This document shows, in pieces, positions 45,198-55,866 of a DNA stretch of 64,000 nt. Positions within the stretch are counted from its first letter, which is position 1, and each line of letters starts with the position of its first letter. The notes under the pieces were generated by a model. The model was given only the letters and a program-made list of their open reading frames with translations. It searched no databases and had not been told where the DNA came from. The stretch spans positions 160,001-224,000 of the forward strand of contig CBDCWI010000001.1 in the NCBI GenBank assembly GCA_965223325.1. The letters are read 5' to 3'. This DNA is from Candidatus Multivoradales bacterium. GTDB taxonomy: Bacteria > Acidobacteriota > Thermoanaerobaculia > Multivoradales > Multivoraceae. The translations under genes and the position numbers were made by a program.

Positions 45198-46157
45198 TCA
45201 GGGGCCGGCACGCACCGCTTGGGCCGTCTCGAAGGGCAGCGGACTCGGAAACGTGCCTTCGGGAAACTTCACATCGGGCTCGCCGGCTCGCTGTCGGTCC
45301 CGCGCCAGCCGATGCGCCCGCCACACCCAGTCAAAAGCTGCCAGCAGTCGCTGCTCCTCATCCTTGTTGCTCGCAATCACCAGCGGACAGGGCCCCAGTG
45401 CCATTGCCTTGGGAGTCCTGAAGGGGCTCAATCGAAGGAGCTTCCACTGGCCCTTCGGCTTCGTACCTTCGCGTTTGTGACGCTCTCGCGTTTCCCGTTC
45501 GATGTCGCGAATCATCTCGCGCACCCACTCGCAGTAGTCCTCGTCGCTCAGGTGGTCAAAGCCCGGGAGCTTCGAAATCACCACCGTTTCCTTCTTCGTG
45601 AAGTCCTTCTTCGTCAAGTGACGCCCAGCCTTCGTACGCTTGGCCCGGCAATAGGCCGTGTGGTCGACCCACTCGCCCTCGAGCTCGAACTTCCCTTCCC
45701 ACAAGGCCCGCGCGACGGTCACCCCAGGCCACTTGAGAGGTGAGGACACAAGGCCCGCCGCACAGCCCTGCGCCAGGACGTAGCGGAAACGCTTCGACGT
45801 ATCGGCAGGGTCGCGCCCGATAAAGGACGGTTTGTAGGGCGTTTCCCACTTCGGGCCCTTCCAGCCATGGCGAATGCGGATCTCGACGCTCGTCTGCTGC
45901 TGGACGCGGTACATGAAGTCCGCCAGCTGCTGGGCGTCTCGTGCACCGACCAGGAAATGGTGGTGGTTGACCTGATAGTCGACGGCGTAGATGGGGATCT
46001 CGGTCTTGCGCTGTGCGCGGCCGATGATGCCGTTCATGTGTGATCGCTGCTCAGAGTCGGGCTTGAGCAGGAAGGTTCCGTTCGTAATGCGGGCGGTCAG
46101 CATGACTGGTTCCGGCCCGCTGTCGGTCGTTGGTACGTATCTCGGTTTTGCTCCCAT
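45198..46157 (-). mobile_element. HUH/Y1 transposase-like protein (REP-associated tyrosine transposase/IS200 fold)
   Basis: T.R..N..FLL N terminus, HUH motif NHHHFLV, GPKW..PY, catalytic-Tyr region RYVLAQ..AAGLV..P..WP. Confidence 0.75.
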
Positions 46158-46245
46158 ATGACATGGGACGCAGAACGCCTGCGCAGCCTTGCAGCGAGGC
46201 CACACCGAGCCGAATTACGAGGTTTCGCGAACCGTGACTGGTGGC

Positions 46246-46336
46246 GGGAAAGTCCCCCCGACGGTGTGCGGGGGATGGGCGCTCGCCGGGGCAGAGGCCC
46301 GGCCCACGGGTTGTGGTGGGAAAGTCGGGCCGACTG
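46246..46336. repeat. Two REP-like copies upstream of the RAYT-like gene
   Basis: GGGAAAGTCCCCCCGACGGTGTG (46246-46268) and GTGGGAAAGTCGGGCCGACTG (46316-46336). Confidence 0.5.
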
Positions 46337-46358
46337 GCTGCCTGGGGGAGGGTGGGGG

Positions 46359-47669
46359 TTATTGCAGGGCGAACATCAAGGCGTCGAGTAATGCGTCGCG
46401 CAGGTCGGGCTCGTTCTGGTTGATCTGTAGAGCCACCACAATGTCGCTCTCCAGGTGGTAGTACATCGACGAGCGCCAACCTGGAAACCAACCGCCATGA
46501 CCGACCATCGCGCCGATCTCGGAATCGCGATGAAACACACCCAACCCGTAGGTCGCGGAGCGATCGTCGCCGCGATAGCCCGACTCGAGCATCTCCCGCA
46601 GGTAGGGTTCTTCAAAGAGCTTCCCACCGTAGAGGCGCCGCCCCCAGCGGGCGAGGTCACGAGCGTTTGAAATGAAGCCGCCACCGGTGAATTCGGTCCT
46701 CGGGTTGAGTTCCATGACGCCGGCGCGCGAGGAGTCAGCCGGCAGAGAGAAGGAGTTGTCCGGCCCCAGCCAACCGTCCGCCAGACCGTCGTACTCGAGC
46801 CCGATCTGGGCCTCTGTTCGGTCCAAGCGCAGCGGCTCGAGGAAGCGTCGCTCGATTTCGCGGTAGTAACGTCGGTCATCGAAACGAAAAGCGCCGTCAT
46901 CCTCCGAACCCTCATCTTCGATCCCCGACTCACCTTCATCGGGACCCAGCACCTCGAGCAGCACCAGGCCGAGCAGAACATAGCCGGTATCGGTATAGAA
47001 GAAGCCCTCGCCGGCCGGAAACATCGCCTCATCGCCGGCCAGGAAGGCGACCAGCTCGAGCGGTGTGAACCACGCCTCCTGACGCTCGTGCGGCAGTCGC
47101 CGCGCTTCTCTCATCGCGCCGCGGAAACCGGCGTCGAAAACATGGTCACGCAGGCCGCTCGAGTGCGTCAGTAGGTGACGCACGGTCATCGTCTCGTGGT
47201 TCGCCAGGGCCTCGAACCACTCTTCCTCGCCAAACCAGTCCGCAACGCGAGCGTCGAGGTCGAGCCGCCCCTCCTGGGCCAACGCGATCGCAAGCGCCGC
47301 CGCAAATGTCTTACCGATGCTGCCCGCCGGCATGCGCGCTTCTTCGACCATCGCCAGACCGTCTAGAGGTCGCGCGAGGCCTGCCGTCGCCACACCGATC
47401 CGTCCATCGGGAAGCGAAAACGCCGCCACAACTCCTCGAACATCGAACTCTGCTTGGAGTTGAAGAAGTCGGGATCGGAAGCGCTCGAGCTTCGCCGGCA
47501 TCGGATCCTCCGTGGGTGAGTCGACCGCGACCTCATCTCGCGGCGTGCAGGCCACCGGCAGAATCAAGGCGCAACTGGCTACCAACACCGCCGCCAGGAG
47601 CAGCGTTCGCAAACGAACGTGCCGCCACACCTCGCGGCGAGGACTAGAAGACGAATCACGGCCAAGCAT
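46359..47669 (-). CDS. Serine hydrolase (beta-lactamase/D,D-peptidase family), probable lipoprotein
   Basis: SxxK (SIGK), LLTHSSG, YTD, HGG; lipobox-like PVAC; start uncertain. Confidence 0.88.
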   Translation of the reverse strand: MLGRDSSSSPRREVWRHVRLRTLLLAAVLVASCALILPVACTPRDEVAVDSPTEDPMPAKLERFRSRLLQLQAEFDVRGVVAAFSLPDGRIGVATAGLARPLDGLAMVEEARMPAGSIGKTFAAALAIALAQEGRLDLDARVADWFGEEEWFEALANHETMTVRHLLTHSSGLRDHVFDAGFRGAMREARRLPHERQEAWFTPLELVAFLAGDEAMFPAGEGFFYTDTGYVLLGLVLLEVLGPDEGESGIEDEGSEDDGAFRFDDRRYYREIERRFLEPLRLDRTEAQIGLEYDGLADGWLGPDNSFSLPADSSRAGVMELNPRTEFTGGGFISNARDLARWGRRLYGGKLFEEPYLREMLESGYRGDDRSATYGLGVFHRDSEIGAMVGHGGWFPGWRSSMYYHLESDIVVALQINQNEPDLRDALLDALMFALQ

Positions 47670-47760
47670 GAGAATCAACCCTATCCGCTTCAGACACGCC
47701 ATGGGCCCGTCGGCTCGCCACCAGTACCCAAACGGCAGGCGAAAACGGTAGCCTGCCTCG

Positions 47761-48555
47761 ATGACTGACCCACAAGAACTCAAAGGCCACGGCCTACTCA
47801 CCGGCAAGCGCGGCCTCATCGTGGGCGTCGCCAATCACCGCTCCATTGCCTGGGGAATCGCCCAGCGCGCCCACGCCGAAGGCGCAGAACTCGGCTTTAC
47901 CTTCCTTGGCGAGGCGCTCGAGCGCCGCGTGCGTCCGCTCGCCGAAAGCATCAACGCCCCCCTCGTCGAACCGCTCGACGTCAACTCCGACGAGCAGATC
48001 GACGCGCTGTTCGCCAAAGTCAAAGAGACCTGGGGTGAGCTCGACTTCCTGGTCCACTCCGTCGCCTTCGCCGACAAGGCCGACCTCGCCGGGCGCACCA
48101 TCGACACTTCACGCGAAGGTTTCACCAGGGCCCTCGAGATCAGCGCCTACTCAATGATCGCGCTGGCGCGCGGCGCCGAACCGCTCATGCCAGCCGGTGG
48201 AAGCATGATCACCATGACCTACTACGGGGCCGTCAAAGCGGTCCCGGCCTACAACGTCATGGGGGTTGCCAAAGCGGCGCTCGAAGCCAGTGTGCGCTAC
48301 CTGGCAATCGACCTGGGCGAAAAGAACATTCGCGTGAACGCCCTCTCGGCTGGACCGATCAAGACGCTCGCCGCTTCAGGCGTCGCCAACTTCCGCTCGA
48401 TGCTCGGCCAGGCGCCGGAACGCGCGCCGCTCAAGCGCAACGTCGACACCGACGACGTCGGCCGCTCGGCGGTCTACCTGCTCTCGGACCTGTCGGCCGG
48501 CGTCACCGGTGAGGTGCACTACGTCGACGCGGGCTTCAGCATCACCGCGATGTGA
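47761..48555 (+). CDS. fabI: Enoyl-ACP reductase
   Basis: [40 protein letters not shown]. Confidence 0.97.
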   Translation: MTDPQELKGHGLLTGKRGLIVGVANHRSIAWGIAQRAHAEGAELGFTFLGEALERRVRPLAESINAPLVEPLDVNSDEQIDALFAKVKETWGELDFLVHSVAFADKADLAGRTIDTSREGFTRALEISAYSMIALARGAEPLMPAGGSMITMTYYGAVKAVPAYNVMGVAKAALEASVRYLAIDLGEKNIRVNALSAGPIKTLAASGVANFRSMLGQAPERAPLKRNVDTDDVGRSAVYLLSDLSAGVTGEVHYVDAGFSITAM

Positions 48556-51230
48556 CCAGGCTCACCGCGCCGCATTCACTCACCTACTGCGCCGCGCCCA
48601 TGCACTTCGCCGCCAGCAGGCATATCGACACGACCCTCGATCAGGAACACCCGCCGATCCGACTGGCGGCGAGAACCCTCTTCGCCTCAGCACTCCTCGT
48701 CACCTTCCCTTCGGTGACATCCCCGCAAGAGCCGTTGCAAGCACCACCCGACCTCACACCTCCAGGCAGCGTCAGAGCACCTGATCTCAACCAGCGACTC
48801 AGAGAGACCCTGGCGCAAGAGATACCCCAGCAACCGCGCACGCAGCACCTCCAGGACGACGGCGCGCCGCGCTTCGCCAACCGCCTGCTGCTCGAAGACT
48901 CCCCTTACCTCCGCCAGCACGCTCACAACCCCGTCGACTGGTTCCCCTGGGGCCCGGAAGCGTTCGAGAAGGCGCGCCTCGAGAACAAGCCGGTGTTTCT
49001 TTCGATTGGCTACTCCACCTGCCACTGGTGCCACGTCATGGAGGAAGAGAGCTTCGACGACCTCGAAGTCGGCCGCTACTTGAACCAGCACTTCGTCGCC
49101 ATAAAGGTCGATCGCGAAACCCATCCGGACATCGACACGCTCTACATGACCGCCCTCCAAGTTCAAGGTCAACGAGGCGGTTGGCCGATGTCGAGTTTCC
49201 TGACTCCAGAGGCCGAACCCTTCTTTGGAGCCACCTACTTTCCACGCCAACAGTTCCTCGACCTGCTCACCCGGGTGCAAGCAGCATGGACCGACAACCG
49301 GCCCCAGGTGATCGCCGACGCCCGCCGCCTGACAGACGCGATCCGCAGGGTCACTGCAACAGCGAACCGTGCTGAGGCGCTGGCCTCGGGTCTCGCCGAG
49401 AAGGCGACCTCTGCGATCATGCGGCGCTACGACGAGGAGCGCGGCGGGTTTTCACCGGCCCCGAAGTTCCCCAACGAGCCCGACATCTTTCTGCTCCTCG
49501 ACCATGCCGAACGCACCGGTGACGAGAGCGTCTGGAACGCCGTCAGCCTGACCCTAGAGCGCATGGCCCGTGGCGGTATCTACGACCAGATCGGCGGCGG
49601 CTTCCACCGCTACTCGACCGACGCCGAGTGGCTGGTACCGCACTTCGAGAAGATGCTCTACAACCAGGCCAACCTGACCCGCATCTACAGCAGGGCCTGG
49701 CTCCTGGAGAAGAACCCGCAGCGCGCCCTCCTCTTCGAACGCACCGTGCGCGACACGCTCGCCTATCTGTTGCGTGACATGGAGAGCCCGGAGGGCGGCT
49801 TCTACTCCGCCACCGACGCCGACAGCAAGACCGCGACCGGCGAGTTCGAAGAGGGCGTCTTCTTCACCTGGACGCCTGAAGACCTGCGCTCGTCCCTGTC
49901 GACGAACGACGCCGAGCTGGCGGCCCATGCCTGGGGCGTTGAAGCAGGCGGCAACTTTGAAGGGCGGACGATCCTCCACCTGGTGCGGCCACTTCCTGAA
50001 ACGGCCGCTCGTGCCCAACTGGAAGTCACCGAGCTTCTCGACAGGCTGTCGGAGATCGCTCTCATCCTGCGCCGTGTCCGCGGCCGGCGCCCGCCACCGC
50101 TTCGCGACGACAAGATCTTGACCGTGTGGAACGGCATGGCGATCACCGCCCTCGCGGAGGCAGCCGAGATCTTCGGCGAGCCACGCTACGAAGAAGCCGC
50201 GCGGCGCGCCGCCGCCTACCTCTGGTCACGCCACCGCATCACCGAGCAAGCCCAGGGGCCCGGCGCACCGTCGGCGGCGGCCCCGCCGCAAGGCACCGGT
50301 GCCGAGCCCCAGACCGTTCGCTTGCGACGCTCCTCCCTCGCCGGCCGTCCTGGCCAGGCACCTGCGGTCCTGGTGCCGGCGGTTCTCGACGACTACGCGG
50401 CCTACGCCGAGGGTCTCCTGGCGCTCTATGACACGACCGGTGAGCCGCGGTGGCTCGAGCGCGCCCAGGCTGTTACCGAGGGCATGAACGAGCTTTTCCG
50501 CGATCCCGAAGGCGGGTACTTCATCACCGCGGCCGACCACCGTCCAGACCTCGCCGGCCCGCTTCTCGCGCGACCGCGCAGCGGACGCGACGGTGCCGAG
50601 CCCTCCGGCGCATCGATGGCAGTAAGAGCCCTGGCCCGCCTGGCGACACGCAGCGAGGCCCCGGGCGCCCGCCATCACGCCGAAGCCGCCCTTGCATCAG
50701 AGGCCAAGAGCATCGAGCAGTACCCAGCGGCGTACTCGTACATGCTGCTCGCAGCGCGCGAACTTCGCGCCGGGGAAACGGGCCACCGGACCTACACCAC
50801 CAACGGCAAGGTGCGTGTCACCAGCCAACTCGAGCGGTCGAGTCGCGGGTCTGTCGCGCAAGCGGTTCAAATCGACATCGAACTCGACATTGCACCCGGA
50901 TGGCATGTGACCTCGAACGATCCGGGCGTTGCCAACCTCCTCCCGGCCCGCGTGGCGGCGGCCGAGCACTGGCAAGTGGCGGACCTGGCCTGGCCCGAGG
51001 CGACTGTGTTGCGCTCCGAAGCCATGGAAGCTCCAGTGCGCGCGTGGGTCGGTCACCAGAACATCCGCGTCACCCTCGAGAGTCGCACCGCGACCCTACC
51101 AACAGACTCATCACGGGTGCACGCCAAACTCGCACTCCAGGTCTGCAACGAAACGATCTGTCTACCACCCGAGAACCTCAGCCTGGCCCCACGCCGGAAG
51201 CGTCGCGCCCCTCTTCACGATCCCGAGTGA
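48552..51230 (+). CDS. Thioredoxin-domain DUF255 (YyaL/SSP411) protein with C-terminal DsbD-N-like domain
   Basis: [41 protein letters not shown]; C-terminal PGWH...[11 protein letters not shown]. Confidence 0.9.
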   Translation: MTRLTAPHSLTYCAAPMHFAASRHIDTTLDQEHPPIRLAARTLFASALLVTFPSVTSPQEPLQAPPDLTPPGSVRAPDLNQRLRETLAQEIPQQPRTQHLQDDGAPRFANRLLLEDSPYLRQHAHNPVDWFPWGPEAFEKARLENKPVFLSIGYSTCHWCHVMEEESFDDLEVGRYLNQHFVAIKVDRETHPDIDTLYMTALQVQGQRGGWPMSSFLTPEAEPFFGATYFPRQQFLDLLTRVQAAWTDNRPQVIADARRLTDAIRRVTATANRAEALASGLAEKATSAIMRRYDEERGGFSPAPKFPNEPDIFLLLDHAERTGDESVWNAVSLTLERMARGGIYDQIGGGFHRYSTDAEWLVPHFEKMLYNQANLTRIYSRAWLLEKNPQRALLFERTVRDTLAYLLRDMESPEGGFYSATDADSKTATGEFEEGVFFTWTPEDLRSSLSTNDAELAAHAWGVEAGGNFEGRTILHLVRPLPETAARAQLEVTELLDRLSEIALILRRVRGRRPPPLRDDKILTVWNGMAITALAEAAEIFGEPRYEEAARRAAAYLWSRHRITEQAQGPGAPSAAAPPQGTGAEPQTVRLRRSSLAGRPGQAPAVLVPAVLDDYAAYAEGLLALYDTTGEPRWLERAQAVTEGMNELFRDPEGGYFITAADHRPDLAGPLLARPRSGRDGAEPSGASMAVRALARLATRSEAPGARHHAEAALASEAKSIEQYPAAYSYMLLAARELRAGETGHRTYTTNGKVRVTSQLERSSRGSVAQAVQIDIELDIAPGWHVTSNDPGVANLLPARVAAAEHWQVADLAWPEATVLRSEAMEAPVRAWVGHQNIRVTLESRTATLPTDSSRVHAKLALQVCNETICLPPENLSLAPRRKRRAPLHDPE

Positions 51231-51235
51231 ACTGG

Positions 51236-52579
51236 TCACGGGATGCACCCTCCCCTGGGCGAGGAACTCGCGACCGGCCGACCGGTCACGCCGCCATCGC
51301 GCAGGTCGGTGATCACCCAGGGTTCGAGATCCCTGTTCCCTGGCCTCAATTCCTCCGCCTCAGCGAAGACTCGCAGGTAGTTGTCGCTGGTCCCGCGACG
51401 GACGCCGTCACGCTCGTCCTCCCAGAGCACCTCGACCGTCTCGCCGATCTGCGAACGGTGAAAGTCGACCTCTCGGACCCGCCCCACTTCGAGCATCCGA
51501 CCCATGCGCGCCTTGATCTCTCCTGGCTCGACAGGGTCCTGCATGTCGAAGGCCGAAGTTCCCGCGCGCGGCGAGTAGGCAAAGGCGTGGACCTTGGCAA
51601 AGCTCATCCGATCGACGAACGCGAGGCTCGCTTCGAAGTCGCGCGCACTCTCACCCGGGAACCCAACGATCACATCGGTGGTAACCGCCAGACCGCTGAC
51701 CTCCCGCCGGAGACGTGCCACCAGTGAGGCAAACTTCTCGCCGGTGTACGGCCGCTGCATACGTTCGAGTGTCTCATCACAACCGCTCTGCAGCGAGAGA
51801 TGAACGTGTCGACAGATGCGCGGGTCGCCGAGAAGCTCGAAGAGGCGCTCATCGAACTGCCACGGGGCGATCGAAGTCAGCCGAATGCGCGCACCCCTGG
51901 TCTCATCAAGCAGCCGCTCCACCAGGTCCACCAGCCGTGTCGTCTGTTGGGCGCCGTCGCGATGGCGGTAGGCAGAGATCTGAACCCCGGTGATCACGAT
52001 CTCTCGGACGCCCAGACCGGCGATGGAGCGAAACTCGGCCAAGACTTCTTCAGGGGAGCGCGACACCTGCGACCCCCGCACCAGAGGAATGACGCAGAAC
52101 GAGCAGCGCATGTTGCAGCCGTCCTCGATCTTGAGAGCCGCCCGCGTATGCGCGGTTGGCAGAGGCACGTAGGACACCGGCACCTCAACCGTGGCTTCGC
52201 CGCAAGACGTGGCCGGGTCGGTTTCGACCCATTCCGGGAACGCCTCGCAGACCAGCTCGTACAGTCGGCGCTTCTCTCGGTTGGGCACCACCAGATCGAC
52301 TCCGGCAAGAGCCACGGCCTCTTCGCTCGAGCCCGTGGCATAGCAGCCGGTCATCACCGTGCGCACCGGCGTAGGCCGCGCGAGCCGCCCGCCCCGCCGA
52401 GCGACCTTGCGCGAGTCACGCGCCGCCTTGTGGGTCACCGTGCAGCTGTTGACAACGTGCAGATCGGCGAGCTCCAGCGCACCAACGACCTGGTGACCTG
52501 CGGCGACGAAAGAGCGCACGAATGCCTCAGTTTCGGCCTGATTGAGCTTGCAGCCGAGATTGGTGAAATAGACGTTCAT
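51236..52579 (-). CDS. mtaB: tRNA threonylcarbamoyladenosine methylthiotransferase
   Basis: LGCKLNQAE, NSCTVT, KIEDGCNMRCSFC, HLSLQSG, DVIVGFPGE. Confidence 0.92.
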   Translation of the reverse strand: MNVYFTNLGCKLNQAETEAFVRSFVAAGHQVVGALELADLHVVNSCTVTHKAARDSRKVARRGGRLARPTPVRTVMTGCYATGSSEEAVALAGVDLVVPNREKRRLYELVCEAFPEWVETDPATSCGEATVEVPVSYVPLPTAHTRAALKIEDGCNMRCSFCVIPLVRGSQVSRSPEEVLAEFRSIAGLGVREIVITGVQISAYRHRDGAQQTTRLVDLVERLLDETRGARIRLTSIAPWQFDERLFELLGDPRICRHVHLSLQSGCDETLERMQRPYTGEKFASLVARLRREVSGLAVTTDVIVGFPGESARDFEASLAFVDRMSFAKVHAFAYSPRAGTSAFDMQDPVEPGEIKARMGRMLEVGRVREVDFHRSQIGETVEVLWEDERDGVRRGTSDNYLRVFAEAEELRPGNRDLEPWVITDLRDGGVTGRPVASSSPRGGCIP

Positions 52580-52745
52580 CGGTGTGGGTTCTATCGCTGT
52601 GGGGAGCGGCCGCCAAGAATAACCGGTAGCCCGGCCTCGCAACCGTTGCGGGTCGCGCGCCAGCCAACCCCGCTCGAGCCAACCTGCCGCCGCCCCAAGA
52701 ACCCGCAGAACGCCCCGCGCTTCATCGACCGACCCGGAGACCTCA

Positions 52746-53414
52746 ATGCACGCTGCCGCGCCACGCCGCTCCACCCTGAACGCCACCGCGATCGCCGCCC
52801 TGGTTGTCACTCTCGCAAGCTTCGCTGGCGCCGCCAGCGCCCAGCAGCAGCTCAACCGCTTCGAGCTCTCTCCACAGTTCGGGCTCCAGTTTCAGGGCGA
52901 GTACGAGTTCGACGACGTCGACTTCGGTTACACCCGTATCGAAGTCGACTCCAGCGAGACCTTCGGCGTGACCTTCGATATCCCGGTCAGTCGATCGCTC
53001 TCGGTCGAGCTCTTCGCCGCCCGCCAGGAGACCGAACTCGAGATCACCGAGGGCGTCGGCCAACTCGCCGATCCCGACGTCACGTTCGACTTCTACCACG
53101 TCGGTATCCAGTGGCAACCCCCTCTTGGCCAGGTCAAGCCGTTCTTCGTCGCCACCGTAGGTGCCACCAAGATCGACCCTGGCATCACCGAGATCGACAC
53201 TGAGTATCAGCCCTCGCTGTCGGTTGGCGGCGGCGTCAAGCTGATGTTCTCCGAGAACCTGGGCCTGCGCCTCGAAGGCCGCCTGATGGTGACCAGCCTG
53301 GACGACGGCTTCGATGACGGATACGACGACTACCGTTGTTGCCGCCGCCGCGACTACGACAACGACAACATCGCCCAGGGCCGAGTGGCTGCGGGCCTGG
53401 TGTTCGCCTTTTGA
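52746..53414 (+). CDS. Outer-membrane beta-barrel protein
   Basis: Signal peptide, alternating beta-strand pattern, GGGVK..F, GLRLEGR, terminal Phe. Confidence 0.85.
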   Translation: MHAAAPRRSTLNATAIAALVVTLASFAGAASAQQQLNRFELSPQFGLQFQGEYEFDDVDFGYTRIEVDSSETFGVTFDIPVSRSLSVELFAARQETELEITEGVGQLADPDVTFDFYHVGIQWQPPLGQVKPFFVATVGATKIDPGITEIDTEYQPSLSVGGGVKLMFSENLGLRLEGRLMVTSLDDGFDDGYDDYRCCRRRDYDNDNIAQGRVAAGLVFAF

Positions 53415-53473
53415 TGCCCACCCCAGGCCCTCAGAGACCCCCTGAGGGGCTTCTGAGAGGCTCTGGCCACTCT

Positions 53474-53560
53474 CAGCACTCGATAGCCAAAACAGCACTC
53501 AATAGCCAAAATCTAATATATCGAGTATTACTAGACTTTAGAGGCTCTGATTGCTAGTCT
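53474..53560 (+). promoter_or_regulatory. parA promoter with an upstream tandem 19-bp direct repeat
   Basis: CAGCACTCRATAGCCAAAA x2 (53474-53511); TAGACT (53532-53537), 17 bp, TGc-TAGTCT (53555-53560). Confidence 0.55.
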
Positions 53561-53612
53561 GAAGGGATGGACCGCCTACCCGGCGATCCGCCCTCAGGCC
53601 AAGGAGCAGAGC

Positions 53613-54743
53613 ATGATCATCGCGGTTGTCAGCAAGAAAGGTGGGGTCGGCAAGACCACCACCGTCACCAGCCTCGGCGCGGCGATGGCGGAGCGTGGCC
53701 AGAGGGTCTTGATCGTCGATCTCGACCCTCAATGCTCGAGCTCACTCTCCCTGGGACTCCGTCGTGTCGAGATGGCACCCTCGGCAGCGGACGTCCTGTT
53801 GCGCAGCACCACCGCCGAGGAAGCCATCCAGGCGACCACCCTCGCCGGCCTCGACGTACTGCCAGGCTCGACCGACCTTCTCCACGCCGACCACGAGCTG
53901 GCGCCGCTGCGTGACCGCGAGCGCATTCTGACCCGCCGCCTCGAGGCCTTGCGCGAGCGCTACGACTGGATCTTCATCGACTGTGCTCCATCCCTTTCGG
54001 TTCTACCGACCAACGCCATCGTCGCCGCAGACCACTACCTGGTGCCCACCACACCGCATTTCCTCGCGAGCGAGGGCATTGAGAACCTCGTGCGCGCTGT
54101 CCACCGCATCGGAAAGCGCAATCAAACGACCTGCCGCCTCCTCGGAGTCGCCCTGACGATGGTTGACTACCGCACACGACTGACCAACGACAACGTCCGG
54201 ACCCTGCGCGAGAGCTTCGGCTCCGACGTCCTGGGCATCGAGATTCGCGTCAACGTCCGTCTTGCCGAGGCGCCCCAGCTCGGAAAGTCGATCTTCGAGC
54301 ACGCTCCCAACTCCACCGGCGCTTCGGCCTACCGTCTGCTGGCCGAAGAGATCGACCTGCGAGTCGGCGCGAGCGCCGAACCCATCCAAGACGAGGCCAC
54401 AGAGGCCACAGAAGGCACAGAGGTCCTTTCTCCCGAGGCCATGCGGCCGGTCGCAGCAGAGCCAGTCGGGGCGTCACGACCGGCAGTCTCCGACGAGGCC
54501 GTACAAGAGCAGCCGCTCGCGCCACCCCACCCTCTCGAGCCACACCCCGCTCCGCCCAGTGGGGCCGGTCACCCCGCCGAGCCCGAGCCGGCCCCGACTC
54601 TCCAGGACGACCAGATCGCAGCTGCCATCGAGGTCATCGATGCGCTCGAGCCAACCAACGTTTGCGCGCCCGAAGACGCCAGCGAAACCGAGGAAGCCGA
54701 AGCGCGGTCTGGCTGGTTCGGGTGGAGTCTCTTGACGCACTAA
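53613..54743 (+). CDS. ParA/Soj-family ATPase with long acidic Pro/Ala-rich tail
   Basis: KGGVGKTT, DLDPQ, IDCAPS, NVRLAEAP. Confidence 0.92.
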   Translation: MIIAVVSKKGGVGKTTTVTSLGAAMAERGQRVLIVDLDPQCSSSLSLGLRRVEMAPSAADVLLRSTTAEEAIQATTLAGLDVLPGSTDLLHADHELAPLRDRERILTRRLEALRERYDWIFIDCAPSLSVLPTNAIVAADHYLVPTTPHFLASEGIENLVRAVHRIGKRNQTTCRLLGVALTMVDYRTRLTNDNVRTLRESFGSDVLGIEIRVNVRLAEAPQLGKSIFEHAPNSTGASAYRLLAEEIDLRVGASAEPIQDEATEATEGTEVLSPEAMRPVAAEPVGASRPAVSDEAVQEQPLAPPHPLEPHPAPPSGAGHPAEPEPAPTLQDDQIAAAIEVIDALEPTNVCAPEDASETEEAEARSGWFGWSLLTH

Positions 54744-54893
54744 GGCGTCACTCCGTTCTCCGCCCCTCCCTGACAGTCCCTCCTGGCAACCACTTCCCTT
54801 CACGTTCCTTCCTGTTCCGCCCGATCTCTTCCTTTCCCTTCGCTCTCGCCCACATCTCTTCCGCGCCAGAACGCTGGAGCCCCGGCCCACCAG

Positions 54894-54902
54894 TGGTATG
54901 AT
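54894..54902 (+). promoter_or_regulatory. Extended -10 element upstream of the second parA
   Basis: TGGTATGAT; AGGAGA RBS at 54981-54986. Confidence 0.4.
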
Positions 54903-54991
54903 CCCTCCCTTCCCGGATCGATGCCCTGGCACCAGGAGGCTGTAGCGCCCTGCCGCAACTGCTTTCTGCTTGTGTTTTGTAGGAGAGTTTC

Positions 54992-55822
54992 ATGATTGTT
55001 GCTGTACTGAGCCGGAAAGGCGGCGTCGGCAAGACCACCACCGCCGTCAACCTGGCCGCTGCCCTCGCCGAACACGGAAAACGCGTCCTGCTCGTCGACC
55101 TCGACCCCAGCGGCTGCGCCTCGGCCAGTCTCGGAGTGGAGCGCGGAGCACTCGCCCCATCGGCCGCAGATGTATGCCTCGGGCGCTCGAAGCCGCTCGA
55201 TTCAGTGCGCGAAACAGCGACTCCTGGGCTCCACCTGATGACCAGCTCGGCCGACCTGCGCGACGTCGAAGCGCAACTGGTTGGCGGCAAGCGTAACCAG
55301 GTCGCCGAGGCCCTCGACCCGCTGACCAGCGTCTACGATCTGATCTTCATCGACGCCCCGCCGAGCTTCTCTCCCCTCGCCCAGGCAGCCCTCTTCGCCT
55401 CGGACTACCACCTGATCCCCGCCACCCCCAACTTTCTCTCGCGCCTCCTGCTGCCCAACACAGTCGACTCGATGGCGCGCGCCTGCCACCGCTTCGGCGT
55501 TCGCTCGCACCTCCTCGGCATTCTGATGAACATGAGTCGGAGCGAGGACGACCGAGCCCCGCTGCGCGAGCTCTTCGAAGAGCGCCTCTTCGAAACCTCG
55601 ATCGAGTGGAATGAGTGCATCGCCAGTGCACCTGAACAAGGTCTGCCGGTGCTCGCGACCGAGGGTGGGACCGGTCCAGCCAGCCGCGCCTACCGCGAGC
55701 TCGCGATCGAGGCCTGCGGCCGTCTCGGCCTCGACGCACCAGGTCATGCCATCGAGATCGCCGGCGACGACGATCCGTCGGGAACCAGCTGGGTCTCCCC
55801 GCTGCCGGCGTCGACCCACTAG
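54992..55822 (+). CDS. Second ParA-family ATPase (divergent)
   Basis: RKGGVGKTTTAVNLAAAL, DLDP, IDAPPS. Confidence 0.9.
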   Translation: MIVAVLSRKGGVGKTTTAVNLAAALAEHGKRVLLVDLDPSGCASASLGVERGALAPSAADVCLGRSKPLDSVRETATPGLHLMTSSADLRDVEAQLVGGKRNQVAEALDPLTSVYDLIFIDAPPSFSPLAQAALFASDYHLIPATPNFLSRLLLPNTVDSMARACHRFGVRSHLLGILMNMSRSEDDRAPLRELFEERLFETSIEWNECIASAPEQGLPVLATEGGTGPASRAYRELAIEACGRLGLDAPGHAIEIAGDDDPSGTSWVSPLPASTH

Positions 55823-55866
55823 GGCCGCCTGAAAGCCGGGCACCTCCTCCCCCGGGCCGAGGGGCG

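Noticed and set aside
53428-53448. Intrinsic terminator after the beta-barrel gene
   Set aside because: The hairpin CCCTCAG/CTGAGGG is present but there is no U-tract; insufficient support.
53473-53500. CIRCE element
   Set aside because: Only a left-arm-like TCAGCACTC is present; there is no inverted GAGTGCTAA arm at 9-nt spacing and no chaperone gene.
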